From the NCBI RefSeq assembly GCF_001194135.2, contig NC_068984.1, positions 103,457,085-103,521,084 of the forward strand: a DNA stretch of 64,000 bases, written 5' to 3'. Under the pieces are notes generated by a model. That model was given only the letters and a program-made list of their open reading frames with translations. It was not told where the DNA came from and searched no databases. Of this stretch, positions 53,080 through 64,000 are shown piece after piece (positions within the stretch are counted from its first letter, which is position 1; each line of letters begins with the position of its first letter). Origin of the DNA: Octopus bimaculoides (lineage: Eukaryota). The translations under genes were made by a program, and so were the position numbers.

Positions 53080-54200
53080 TACTCTTCGCATATTGGCTTC
53101 CATTTTACTTGTCATCAATAACCTTTTATCACTTCCTTCTCTGAAGACTCTTTCCCAGGATTCTTTTAATGACTTTCTGCTGCATCTCTTGCTCAGCTTT
53201 GTTAGACTTAACCACATTTCCTCAAACCTAAACGCAAGAACTTCTACACTGCAATTTGTAGCTGTTGTTAGACTTTTGTCGAATAGTTCCAGTTTAACCA
53301 AAGTTTTAATTCGTTTACAATTTTAATTGAAATCCGTCTGGCTATTTTTATTTTGACAACTTTTTTCGCCATGCTCACAGCCAAGAAATTCTGAGACTTT
53401 ATTATATTCTCAATCAAAGGATTTAATTCTCTCTGAGATGCTTCCAGTTCTGCTTCTTTTGCTATGTTCTCTCTTAAATAAGCACTCGCTACTTATTTTT
53501 AGCATTACCATTCCTGGGTTGTGGATAGCTTGCTTTATAGTGTTACTAGTTATTTGTAGCTTTGAGTGCTTTACCTGCGAGAATTTAGATCGATAATGTT
53601 ACAGGCTAATGGCTGTCTTCACACTTCTGGATCCTTATAATATTATTAGTTACTTATGGCTCAAAGTGTCTTACCTGGAAGAATGTACGGCTAATGGTTG
53701 TCCTGACACCTCTATAACTTCTAGTGATAATATGATCAGTACATACTTGAAACAAAATCCCTCAAGTCAGGCTGCCTTCTTGCAGGAATCGCCGTTTAAT
53801 TGAAATCTAGTAGCTCATTTGTTTTCCCGTCGGCAAACACTTCTATTATTTTTCTTATCAAACTATTTGCTCTGGTAAGCCTACACATACGATTCAGCGA
53901 TGATATACTTTATCATATTTCATTAACATGGAAAAATACAGTGGATGTCAGTGATAGTGTTTGATATCATCACCGAATTTATCTATTAACAATTGGTCAA
54001 CCCTACTAGTTATTGTGGCTCTACATGGCTCATATGGATATATGTCATTCTAATCTTCATGGACCACCATACCCTGAATTAATTTTATTCTAAAAACCTT
54101 TCACGATGAACTTAAGCAAACGATTGGCTTGCAATGATGTTCCTCGTTCGCTTTTTTCCTGACTTAGAAATAAGAGAGTTTGAATTAGAGATATTTAATT
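53080..54200 (-). mobile_element. Heavily decayed RLE-type LINE RT region
   Basis: VDQLLIDK; KRRFLQEGSL; RIQKC; KRIKTLVKLELFDK...GSDKRLL in the expected order; may extend to about 54960 beyond the SINE at 54312. Confidence 0.65.
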
Positions 54201-54311
54201 TGACGTATTAGATGCATTTAAACCTTGTTCCTGCGTTACAGGATAGCAATGTGTTTTGTAATGCAAAAATTTAAATTCTTCGGCCAATATTTTTTAAATA
54301 ACTAAATACCC

Positions 54312-54528
54312 GAAGGTGGTGAGCTGGCAGAATCGTTAACATACCGAACAAAAATGCTTAGAAACATTTTGTTCGTCTTTATATTCTAAGTTCGAATTCA
54401 ACCGGGGTCGACTTTGCCTTTCATCCTTTTGAGGTCGATAAAATAAGTACCAGTTGAATGCTGGGGTCGATGTGATCAACTTAACCCCTACCCCCAAACT
54501 TGCTAGCCTTGTGCCAACATTTGAAACC
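54312..54528 (+). mobile_element. SINE family B
   Basis: Full head, body and tail; further copies at about 52015, 55065 and 58765. Confidence 0.88.
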
Positions 54529-56924
54529 TATGTTTTTAAATACCTTCTACACCAGATATACATAAAATTTTTCCTTATTCTTAAAGTCGCTTAAATGTCT
54601 TCTCTGCAAATCATAAAGGCTTCCTAGATATCTTACTTAGTATCCTAAATCAGCGAGTTTACAGTTTATGTGTTTTGTTTGTCTTTTATTCTCACACCCA
54701 TATTTTCTGTTCTGACAATCTATATTCTGTCCTTGCAATTGTTTTTCCCCATCACAACATCCATATTTATTATTTACTGTTCAATTCCTATTAAATTAAT
54801 TAAATCTTGTATACCTCCTGTGTCTTAAGAGTGGTGTCCTACTATCCAAATAGCACATAATTGAATGATTTTTGTCTATTTTGTTTTAATTAGAACTAAC
54901 CCTTGATTCAATTCCTTTGGAGAACTATTTTTGAAATAACTTAATTTGTAATACGAAAGAATCCCTCAACAAGTTTTTTTCTCTTCTTCAACCCTGTGGT
55001 CATTTGTTCACTTGATACTGTGCCGAGTGTTTTCTCGCTAGTGTATCTTCGCTTATGTACTACATTGGCGGAATCATTAGAATGTCGGGAAAAATGCCTT
55101 GATATGTGTTCCGACTCTTTATGTTCTGAGTTCAAATCCTGCTGGGGTCAACTTTGGCTCGCCTCCTTACATGGGTCGATAAAACAAAGTACCAGTCAAA
55201 GTACCGGTCCATGTAAGTGACTAACCTCTACCCCTTAAAATCGCTGGCGTTGAGCCTAAATTAGAAACTATTATCATTGTTGTTGCTGTCATTGTGGTCA
55301 TCGATGTAGTTGTTGTTGTTGGGAAGGTTTTGAGATGGGTGTGGTGATGGGAGTGTGGTGGGGGTTGTGTTGAGGGCGTTGGAGGGTAGACTTTATGAAG
55401 TGGAACTCGATGACATATGGAGTGGTGGTCTGTTTTCATATCCCCAACTTCCCTAGCTAATTACTTTTGGAATACAATGAAAGGAGCCTTGTTTCTAGAA
55501 TATACCCAACTTTAAGAGAGCACATCACCAAGAAATGGACAATTACAATTTAGTGTCTGCTTAGAGCTTCATCATGCTCGGTTTACCTGCCAGACATTCC
55601 CCTAATTTAGTCTAGAACCTTGTCATCAATACATTTTGATCGAAATATAATGCTTTGACAAACATCGATGTTTTTTTAGTTGTCTTTTTTGGTTTTGGTT
55701 TGTTCAGCCCCAAGTCAGTTCTTTGGGAGCAGATTTATATTAACTAATGTTTCCTTCCCTTTTAAGAGGGTAAGGTGACATTTGAGAGAGATATGACAGC
55801 TATTTCTAGCATTTCTACTGATCGGATAGACATTCCCACTATATTTTGTCTGTTACTTTTTGAAGGACCTGAAGAATGAAAGCAAATGCAGTTAAGTCTG
55901 TGTTTCTAATAAGACCGAAACATGTCTAAAGTTATCTCCCCTGCTTGCCGAAATAATTAAAATAATATTGTTGTATTTACTAATATTTTATTTTTGTCAT
56001 CTCATAATTATTTCTGATTATGTGATTAACTGTTCTAGATATTGTATTTGTTAACGCTAACTTAACTATAGAATATCATGGTTTCGAGTTGCAAATATAA
56101 CATCTTGCGACACTGTTATTTATTTTTGGCAGGACCCCAAGAATGACGATGCACTTGGACTGAAAAGGAAAAATCTACCTTAAGTACTGTAAGCCTCTAG
56201 ATAATCGCCCCGCCAGCTAGAAACAAACAGATGAGTCTCACAGATGAAACTCTACTGCCTTAGATAAAGAAGGCAGGATATACTGGAGCTGGTTGTAGTC
56301 TCTAATAGAAGAGCTGGAATTGCTTTGATCACCAGGTGTGCGCAATCAGAGCTGACATCGACGACAATAACAACAACAATAACCGTAACAGCAACAAGCC
56401 CCTGCTTTAAATATTTCGACTGCATTCGTGTAATTTAATCTTCAGTCGAGTGATTCAGTAACACATTCGCTTGGCTTTCTATATTTTTGATGTTGTTACT
56501 GATGTAATAAATAGATAAAGCTTTGAAGGGAGAGGGACGATAGGGAGAAGAGGTAAAGTAAGAGTGAGAGCGTGTAAATAATGTGAGTGAGAAAAAGAAG
56601 GGGGAGAGAGAGGGAGAGAGAGGGATATAGACAGAGAATGAGGTTAGGTAAGGAGACGTTTGCTAAGTGACATGTAAAGCAAGCATGAAGTTATTGCTAT
56701 TGTTGTTGTATCCGTTTCTGCTGTCGTTTAGACTCAGGCCAACCCTCTCAGGCAGATCTAAGATTAAAAGGCATTCCAAACATGACCATACCATCTTACT
56801 AGGAGAGATATGTGTAGGACTATTATTTGATGTGTCTATTCTTTAAGACTGAAGAGTGTAGTATAAATGAGATGGCAATTGATTGCTGTTTCTGGCAGAT
56901 CGAGTGTTCACTGACTGTTGGGTC

Positions 56925-57270
56925 AGTCGTTATTTTGGCAGGCATTTATTGAGGTCAGATATTCTGGTAGGCTATTATGAGGTCAGTTATTTGGTGGTAA
57001 TTTATTGAGGTCGTTTATTTTGGTTGGAATTAATTGAGGTCAGTTATTTTGGTGGGAACTAACTGAGATCGGTTGTGTTGGTGGGAATGAATTGAGGCCA
57101 GTAATTTTGGTGGGAATTAATTGAGGTCAGTTATTTTCGGTGAGAATTGAGGCCGGTTATTTTATCACGAATTAATCTTATTGCGAATTGATTTTATTGC
57201 GAATTAATAGTCATTTTGGTGCGAATTAATTGAAGACAGTTATTAGGGTGCGAATGAATTGAGGTTAATT
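56925..57270. repeat. Degenerate minisatellite, unit about 29 bp (AATTAATTGAGGTCAGTTATTTTGGTGGG), roughly 10-11 copies
   Basis: Direct reading; decays toward both ends. Confidence 0.9.
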
Positions 57271-57559
57271 GTCAAAGACAAGGTGGAAACGTTTAATATA
57301 GAGAGGCCAACAGGACAGAGAGAAAGAAACCAACCGAGAGAAAGAGACAGGCCGAGAGAAAGAGACAGACAAAGAATCAGAGAGAGACAGAGAAACTGAA
57401 GAAATTTAAGAAACTGATGAAACTGGGGAAACTGTCGACAAAAACATAATAGACAGAGAGAGAAAGAAGAAAAGCATATGTATATGTATATGTAAACGCA
57501 CACATACACACACATACAAACACACACACGCACACACACACGCACGCACACATTTATAT

Positions 57560-57780
57560 ATTATTCTTTAACAAGAATAGTATTGACGGTGACTTCGACG
57601 TTTCGGCCAGATGAGCTATCATCGGTCAGTCTGATGATAGGTTAGCTGGCCGAAACTTCGAAGTCACTGTCAGTATTATTACAGAATAATAAATTCGTAC
57701 TCTACAAAATGTATGGAGTAACCCTTCAGATTCATATAAAATTGTTTTTTTTACTATAACTGAACATGAAAACAAACATT
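57560..57780. ncRNA. Head-to-head inverted pair of hammerhead-like repeat ends; best copy 57627-57669 (+)
   Basis: Stem I CAGT/ACTG, CTGATGA, GAAA, perfect palindrome ACTTCGAAGT, GUC triplet; stem II non-canonical; left arm 57560-57625 is the inverse; sister copy at 17440-17578. Confidence 0.65.
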
Positions 57781-57809
57781 GGTGTGTGTGTGTGTGTATG
57801 TGTGTGTGT

Positions 57810-57858
<49 letters not shown>

Positions 57859-58429
57859 GATGTAAGTATGTTCATATACGTATATATATATGNNNNNNNN
57901 NNNNNNNNNNNNNNNNNNNNNNNNNNNNNNNNNNNNNNNNNNNNNNNNNNNNNNNNNNNNNNNNNNNNNNNNNNNNNNNNNNNNNNNNNNNNNNNNNNNN
58001 NNNNNNNNNNNNNNNNNNNNNNNNNNNNNNNNNNNNNNNNNNNNNNNNNNNNNNNNNNNNNNNNNNNNNNNNNNNNNNNNNNNNNNNNNNNNNNNNNNNN
58101 NNNNNNNNNNNNNNNNNNNNNNNNNNNNNNNNNNNNNNNNNNNNNNNNNNNNNNNNNNNNNNNNNNNNNNNNNNNNNNNNNNNNNNNNNNNNNNNNNNNN
58201 NNNNNNNNNNNNNNNNNNNNNNNNNNNNNNNNNNNNNNNNNNNNNNNNNNNNNNNNNNNNNNNNNNNNNNNNNNNNNNNNNNNNNNNNNNNNNNNNNNNN
58301 NNNNNNNNNNNNNNNNNNNNNNNNNNNNNNNNNNNNNNNNNNNNNNNNNNNNNNNNNNNNNNNNNNNNNNNNNNNNNNNNNNNNNNNNNNNNNNNNNNNN
58401 NNNNNNNNNNNNNNNNNNNNNNNNNNNNN

Positions 58430-58670
58430 ACAGAAGCTGAAAGAAACCCGTCGTATGTGCGCGTGTGTGTGTGTGTGTGTGTGTGTGTATTCCCCCCACC
58501 ATCGCTTAGCGACCTAAGTTGGGGTGTTTATGTCCCCGTAACTTAGCGGTTCGGCAAAAGACTCAGATAGAAGTACTAGGCTGACAAAGAATAAGTCTTG
58601 GAGTTAATTTGTTCGACTAAAAGCGGTGCACCAGCATGGCTGCAGTCAAATGACTGAAACAAGTAAAGGA
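58430..58670 (+). mobile_element. SINE family A, 3' part
   Basis: GAAAGAAACCCGTCG, (TG)n, tail. Confidence 0.85.
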
Positions 58671-58693
58671 GTAATGTGTGTGTGTGTGTATCT

Positions 58694-58738
<45 letters not shown>

Positions 58739-59261
58739 TATATATATGTATGTATGTATATACAGTGACCTGGCAGGATCGTTAGCATGCCGGACAACAC
58801 GCATGGCGGTATTTCGTCCGTTTTTATGTTCGGAGTTCAAATTCCACCAAGGTTGACTTTGCTTTTCATCCTTTCGGGATAGATAAAAATAAGTGCCAGT
58901 TGAACACTGGGGTCGAAGTAATCAGCTTGACACCACCTTCGAAATTTCTGGCCTCGTGCCTAAATTTGAAACCAATATACGTATATTCATATAATGTATA
59001 CTGAATGCTCAGTGTTCTAAAGTAGAGCAAAAATTGTGTGTGCGCGCGCGCGCGTTTTTGCGTGCGTGCATGCGTGTGCGCATGTGAGAGTGCGTGTACA
59101 AGACATATTTAAGAAGTTTGGATTATTCAATGTTCAAATAAATAGTTGATTGGAATTCTGATAGAATATAAATGACGAAGGTAGCATGCAATGAAACCAA
59201 ACCAGACGAAAACTGGTTATCACACATCCATGCTCTTTCTCTGTCTGTCTCCTTCCCACTT

Positions 59262-59292
<31 letters not shown>

Positions 59293-59875
59293 CTCTCNNN
59301 NNNNNNNNNNNNNNNNNNNNNNNNNNNNNNNNNNNNNNNNNNNNNNNNNNNNNNNNNNNNNNNNNNNNNNNNNNNNNNNNNNNNNNNNNNNNNNNNNNNN
59401 NNNNNNNNNNNNNNNNNNNNNNNNNNNNNNNNNNNNNNNNNNNNNNNNNNNNNNNNNNNNNNNNNNNNNNNNNNNNNNNNNNNNNNNNNNNNNNNNNNNN
59501 NNNNNNNNNNNNNNNNNNNNNNNNNNNNNNNNNNNNNNNNNNNNNNNNNNNNNNNNNNNNNNNNNNNNNNNNNNNNNNNNNNNNNNNNNNNNNNNNNNNN
59601 NNNNNNNNNNNNNNNNNNNNNNNNNNNNNNNNNNNNNNNNNNNNNNNNNNNNNNNNNNNNNNNNNNNNNNNNNNNNNNNNNNNNNNNNNNNNNNNNNNNN
59701 NNNNNNNNNNNNNNNNNNNNNNNNNNNNNNNNNNNNNNNNNNNNNNNNNNNNNNNNNNNNNNNNNNNNNNNNNNNNNNNNNNNNNNNNNNNNNNNNNNNN
59801 NNNNNNNNNNNNNNNNNNNNNNNNNCATATATGTGTGTGTGTGTTTGTGTGCCTGCGTGTGTGTGCCTGTGTGTA

Positions 59876-60615
59876 CAGGGTGATTGAAAAGTAACTCCCT
59901 ATTTTAAAATATTTACAATTTATTTATTAACTATAATTTTTTCCTCAAATTTGTCGTGTATATTCTTTAATGTATAGGAATTGATTCTATGTTGTTGTAT
60001 TTTTTTTTTTTTTGCAGATCGATTATCTTGTTAGAAATTTAGAAGCCCTACAAATATGGCTCGACATCTTACTGTGCAGGAGCGTGCCCAGCTAGCGGCA
60101 CGTTACGAAATTTGGAGACCAGTTGTTCAAACGCAAAGATGGTGGAGGACCATTAGAAGAAGACATGCACAAGTTGATGCAAAGACGATCAAGAATTGTC
60201 ATGCAAGACTCATGACTACAGGATCTGTAGCTGATGCTCGAAGAAGCGTTCGGCCTTCCAATTCGTCGAGGTCCGCATGATTGGCCGGCCAAAAGCCCTG
60301 AATTGACACCCTGTGACTTTTTTCTTTGTTGTTGGTTAAAGGAGCAAGTCTACCAAACCAACGACTCTAGAAGAATTTAAAGGGCGAATACGAGAAGTTA
60401 TATCTTCCATCCCATAAGAGTTCCTGATGAAATCAGTTGATGCAGTTCCTGGGTGGCTTGAGAAGCTGGTGGCGAATGCTGGTGCCTGTATCGAATTTTA
60501 AATAAAACTCCATGCTATACGCTTTCTTCACATATTCATTATTTTCTAAAAATTATAGTAAACAAAAAAAAATTATAAGTATTTTAAAATGGAGAGTTAC
60601 TTTTCAATCACCCTG
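59876..60615 (+). mobile_element. Internally deleted Tc1/mariner-superfamily element (maT/rosa-like), 740 bp, TA TSD
   Basis: TIR CAGGGTGATTGAAAAGTAACTC at both ends flanked by TA; N-terminal HTH-like ORF 60056-60280 joined to WPAKSPELTPCDFFLCCWLKEQVY. Confidence 0.93.
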
Positions 60616-60638
60616 TATATCTATATATATGTGTGTGT

Positions 60639-60701
<63 letters not shown>

Positions 60702-60721
60702 TGTGTGTATGTATATTTAAG

Positions 60722-61121
60722 GAAGAATGTAAAGATCGAGAAGGTGAATGACAAGGACCTTTTCATGTGCACAGTCTGTGACAGACCATGCCTGTCTTTG
60801 GCTGGCCTTCTCACCTGCGAACCCATGGAAAACAAACTTCAACCAACTATTCTGACTATATGTCTGTGCACACGTTTGAATGTAGTGTATGCCAGAAGGC
60901 TTGCAAATCCAATGGGGGTCTTAAAAGACATATTAGGATCCACAATGAGCAGAACTTATCTGCAAGTATTGGTAGTTCAAATCAGAGGTGCAATCTGTGT
61001 GGGTGTTGTTTCAGAACATTGGTTTAAAAAGCCACATCAGACGCCATGAAGGGGCTAAGCTGTAGGTACAGGAGGTGGTCAAACTCTGTGTAAGGAGTAG
61101 ACAACCACCATGTATGTATGT
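60722..61121 (+). mobile_element. Probable RTE-like LINE 3' end encoding three frameshifted C2H2 zinc fingers
   Basis: CTVCDRPCLSLAGL/SHLRTH; CSVCQKACKSNGGLKRHIRIH; CNLCGCCFRTL/GLKSHIRRH; stop; short 3' UTR; (ATGT)n tail. RTE origin is inference. Confidence 0.7.
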
Positions 61122-61129
61122 AAATGCGA

Positions 61130-61550
61130 ATCAGTTTTGCTTTGTTCCTAGGTTTGTATGCAAAACTGTTGTTACACAACCTAGTGCACATATGAGAATA
61201 GGTACATATGAAAATTTGTATTCTGGATATCAGAGTTGTAAGTTTCTAATTAGATGTTTTCCTTTTCTCCAGTTTTTAACGAAACAATCACATCTACCTG
61301 GCAGCTAACCTCTACAATAGTACCTGATTTTCGTTCCCTTCCCCAGAGAATATTTGGCCGATTGTGTTTTCGCTGGATTATTGTTTTTATTGGAATGTTC
61401 CACTGGTATTCTTTATTTTTAAAGGTACAGATACATTTTACTCCTGATATGCCTTTGGTATGCTCATCAGAGAAATTCTTCCTGTGTATAGCAATGTAGT
61501 TTGTCTTAGCAACAATATCAAGTCTCTTGGGAAGATGGTGTCTTGCGGAC
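61130..61550 (-). mobile_element. RLE-type LINE endonuclease remnant
   Basis: WNIPIKT..KHNRPNILW..IVEVSCQVDV..KTGEKENI. Confidence 0.8.
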
Positions 61551-61670
61551 ATTTTGGGATAGCTACTGGTATGAATGGAATTCTATTGCTATAAATTAAA
61601 AAAAAAAGGCAAGATATACTGGAGCTAGTATAGTCTCTAATTGAAGAGGTAGTACTGCTTTGATCACCGT

Positions 61671-62039
61671 ATTCTTTTATTCTTTTATTCTTTAACTTGT
61701 TTCAGTCATTTGACGGTGGCCATACTGGAGCATCGCCTTAAAGAGTTTTAGTCAAAGAACTCGACCCCAGGACTTATTCTTTGTAAGCCTAGTACTTATT
61801 CTATCAATCTCTTTTGCCGAACCGTTAAGTTACGGGAACGTAAACACACAAACATCGGTTGTCAAGCGATGGTGGGAGGACAAATACAGACACAAAGACA
61901 CACATAAATATATATACATATATATACGACGGGCTTCTTTCAGTTTCCACTCACAAGGCTAACCAAATCTACTCACAAGGCTTTGGTCGGCCCGAGGCTA
62001 TACTAGAAGATACTTGCCCAAGGTGCCACGCAGTGAGAC
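61671..62039 (-). mobile_element. SINE family A, head cut off by a MITE
   Basis: Reverse complement of family A ending at the MITE junction. Confidence 0.9.
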
Positions 62040-62041
62040 TA

Positions 62042-62237
62042 AGAGGGTGGGCTGAAAATCTTATAAGTGACTATGAAGGAATGATGCTAGAGCTGTGAAA
62101 TCTTGCATGCATTAATTTCCACATTAGAAAGAAACAATGAAATTATTAATAAGAAATTAATGAAATTAATGCATGCAAGATTTTACAGCTCTAGCATCAC
62201 TCCATAGTCAGCCATTGAACTTTTCAGTCCACCTTTG
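62042..62237. mobile_element. Mariner-type hairpin MITE, 196 bp, TA TSD
   Basis: Ends AGAGGGTGGGCTGAAAA / TTTTCAGTCCACCTTTG flanked by TA; inner arms 62068-62119 and 62162-62210 nearly perfectly complementary. Confidence 0.85.
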
Positions 62238-62239
62238 TA

Positions 62240-62815
62240 TGGTACAACCGACGTTTTCTATCACAACATGGATGTCTAGAAGCATCATTTCCCCTTGTTG
62301 ATCAAGTATTTAGTAACAATCTCCTATTCTTGGATAGCAAAGACATATCCTTCTAGGTGAGATGTGATATACTTATCACAGGTCTAGAAGAGGCTACTAT
62401 TTTTGTCAATATTGTTAGTATTCTCAAGTTTGCGGGATATGTACCCATGCATAACTTACTGCTGGTACGACGAGTGCTCTTCTACCTAGTCCCTGTTTAA
62501 GTAGGCCAATCCAATCATTCATGGTTCACACGGAATAGATGTAGACTATATACGGAATGTATTCATTCCTCTTTTTACTTCTTAATAGGTGTTGTCTAAG
62601 TTGCACGATCTGGCACTCAAAGGCTGTCTAGACTGATCTTATCGTTTGTCTCCATTCCTCCTTTGTCTCTGTTTGTGTGGAAGTTATCAGCCATTGTTAG
62701 TATCTTTCGGGTCTTGATGTCTAAATTGCAGATTTCTTCAAGTGTTCAGTCTAGCATTAGCATTGCGAAAGCATTGTAGAGTATAGTTATTGAATGCAAA
62801 CAATTCTGACTTTCA
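62240..62815 (-). mobile_element. Decayed RLE-type LINE (post-RT region)
   Basis: LEEICNLDIKTRKILT..NFH..DKGG; MHGYISRKL; SHLEGYVFAIQE*EI. Confidence 0.8.
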
Positions 62816-62886
62816 TATCTCTGAAGTTTGCTGAAGTTTTGTTTCGTCACCCTAGCTTTACTCACAGCACCGGTATATGCGATATA

Positions 62887-63359
62887 CAGTAATCACTTGC
62901 CACATCGCGCCCTCAGCACATCGCGGATTTTTCTGGTTAATATATGTAAATTTATATCACGGACTCCTCAGTATATCGCGGGTTTCTGCGGCCGATAGGT
63001 ATTTATATTCTTTAGATTTTAATTATTTCGTGATAAAATAAGCATTTTCACGCCTAAAAATTAATAAATTAATGAACAAAAATACAATACAGTACTGCAC
63101 TGTATAACACATTAATTAAAATATATTAAGAGAAAATACGTAATTTACCGTAGAGGAGTAAACAAAGAATCGCACATACTGTATGGAAAACGAAACTCGG
63201 GAGGCGAGTGTGTGGTGTTTTGCATTTATAAAATAAATATTTACAAATTATTAAAATGATTTTAAAAATGTACAGTATCGTACTGTTTCTACTTCGCGGA
63301 TTTTCTTCTATCGCGGGGTGTTTTGGAACGTAACACCCGCGATAGTCTACGGATTACTG
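62887..63359. mobile_element. Tigger/pogo-type MITE, 473 bp, TA TSD
   Basis: TA|CAGTAATC...ATCGCG and CGCGAT...GATTACTG|TA; repeated internal TCGCGG motifs. Confidence 0.88.
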
Positions 63360-63403
63360 TACACGTCAATTCACAGGTAATTTGTGGCATTCAAAAAGTG
63401 CTC

Positions 63404-63475
63404 CAGAGATGCTAGGGATCGAACCCGGTGCCCTTTTATATACAAAGTTAACGCTTTGCCACTGAGATTCACTTT
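63404..63475 (-). pseudogene. tRNA-Ala-derived pseudogene (anticodon mutated)
   Basis: CTCAGTGGCAAAGCG..GGCACCGGGTTCGATCCCTAGCATCTCT followed by a T5 tract; acceptor stem broken. Confidence 0.7.
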
Positions 63476-63536
63476 CATTCGTTCTTTCATTCGTTCTCGT
63501 TAATTCCCACGTATTCGTAGCATTCAAAAAATGCTC

Positions 63537-63590
63537 TGGAGTTCACAGGGATCGAACCCGGTGCCTTTCGCATGCAAAGTGAACGCTACA
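63537..63590 (-). pseudogene. 5'-truncated tRNA-Ala(TGC) pseudogene
   Basis: TTCAC-TT-TGC-AT-GCGAA anticodon arm, GGGTTCGATCCC T arm, T6 tract; D arm lost. Confidence 0.75.
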
Positions 63591-63699
63591 TCATTCATTT
63601 TCATTCGTTTGAGAGGGAGATATGTTGGTCACTGCTATCTAAGAAAAGACAGCTTAGTGAGTGAGCTCTTTCTGTAGATCCTAAGCCGTGAGAATTCTT

Positions 63700-63845
63700 A
63701 TGCTGGGCGACCCAGAATGGCATACATTGATCAACTCTCTGGTGATGTCAAGTTACAAACAGAAGACTTCAAATGTTTCGTGGAGGACGGGAACGCTTGG
63801 GAAGAAAGAATGGTTTTGATCCGTCAATCTGCCTGAAACGATAGT
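63700..63845 (+). mobile_element. RTE-group LINE ORF2 C-terminal remnant
   Basis: GRPRMAYIDQLSGDVKLQTEDFKCFVEDGNAWEERM resembles the GRP..TYIDQL..D....M.DR..W motif. Confidence 0.65.
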
Positions 63846-64000
63846 TAGACATAAAATTCATCACTAGTGATAGGGAAGACAGGCAGGCTATCAATATCCA
63901 TATTCCTTGACGAATCGACAATCTTTCTTCGTTTGACTATGCAATATGACCACTTGTCTTGACCAAACTCTATTCTTATATCCCACAAAAATACAGTAAC

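Noticed and set aside
56225-56270. CAGATGA-GTCT/AGAT-GAAAC hammerhead-like motif (related repeat at about 61560-61670)
   Set aside because: Core U4 is changed, there is no stem III, cleavage triplet or stem I, and the sister copy does not retain the motif
56925-57270. CRISPR-like periodic array
   Set aside because: Contiguous degenerate units without unique spacers, no cas genes, eukaryotic context

Overview
Animal (eukaryotic) genomic DNA, AT-rich and very repeat-dense, with 24 N-gaps that mostly abut microsatellites. The SINE and microsatellite repertoire strongly resembles Octopus (inference, not checked). I found no recognisable host protein-coding exon, rRNA, intact tRNA or CRISPR array; nearly all ORFs in the supplied track are microsatellite or N artefacts. 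The window contains: four short interspersed repeat families (three with tRNA-like heads); decayed LINEs (RTE, several restriction-like-endonuclease R4/Dong/NeSL-type, possibly CR1-like); Penelope-like elements (PLEs); DNA transposons (mariner, Tigger/pogo, Tc1/mariner MITEs with TA target duplications, a hAT-like MITE, Helitrons); and two tandem tRNA-Ala relics. The most interesting signal is a set of minimal hammerhead-ribozyme-like folds in small non-coding repeats. Several have non-canonical cores (CUGUNGA plus an extra A), stem-II covariation between copies and palindromic stem III, and one pair is arranged as a head-to-head palindrome. Also notable: a LINE-like 3' end with three C2H2 fingers, a 24-bp GC-rich hairpin, and a CCAAT/TATA-rich island. 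All calls were made by eye; no database search or folding program was run, and boundaries are approximate unless exact motifs are quoted.
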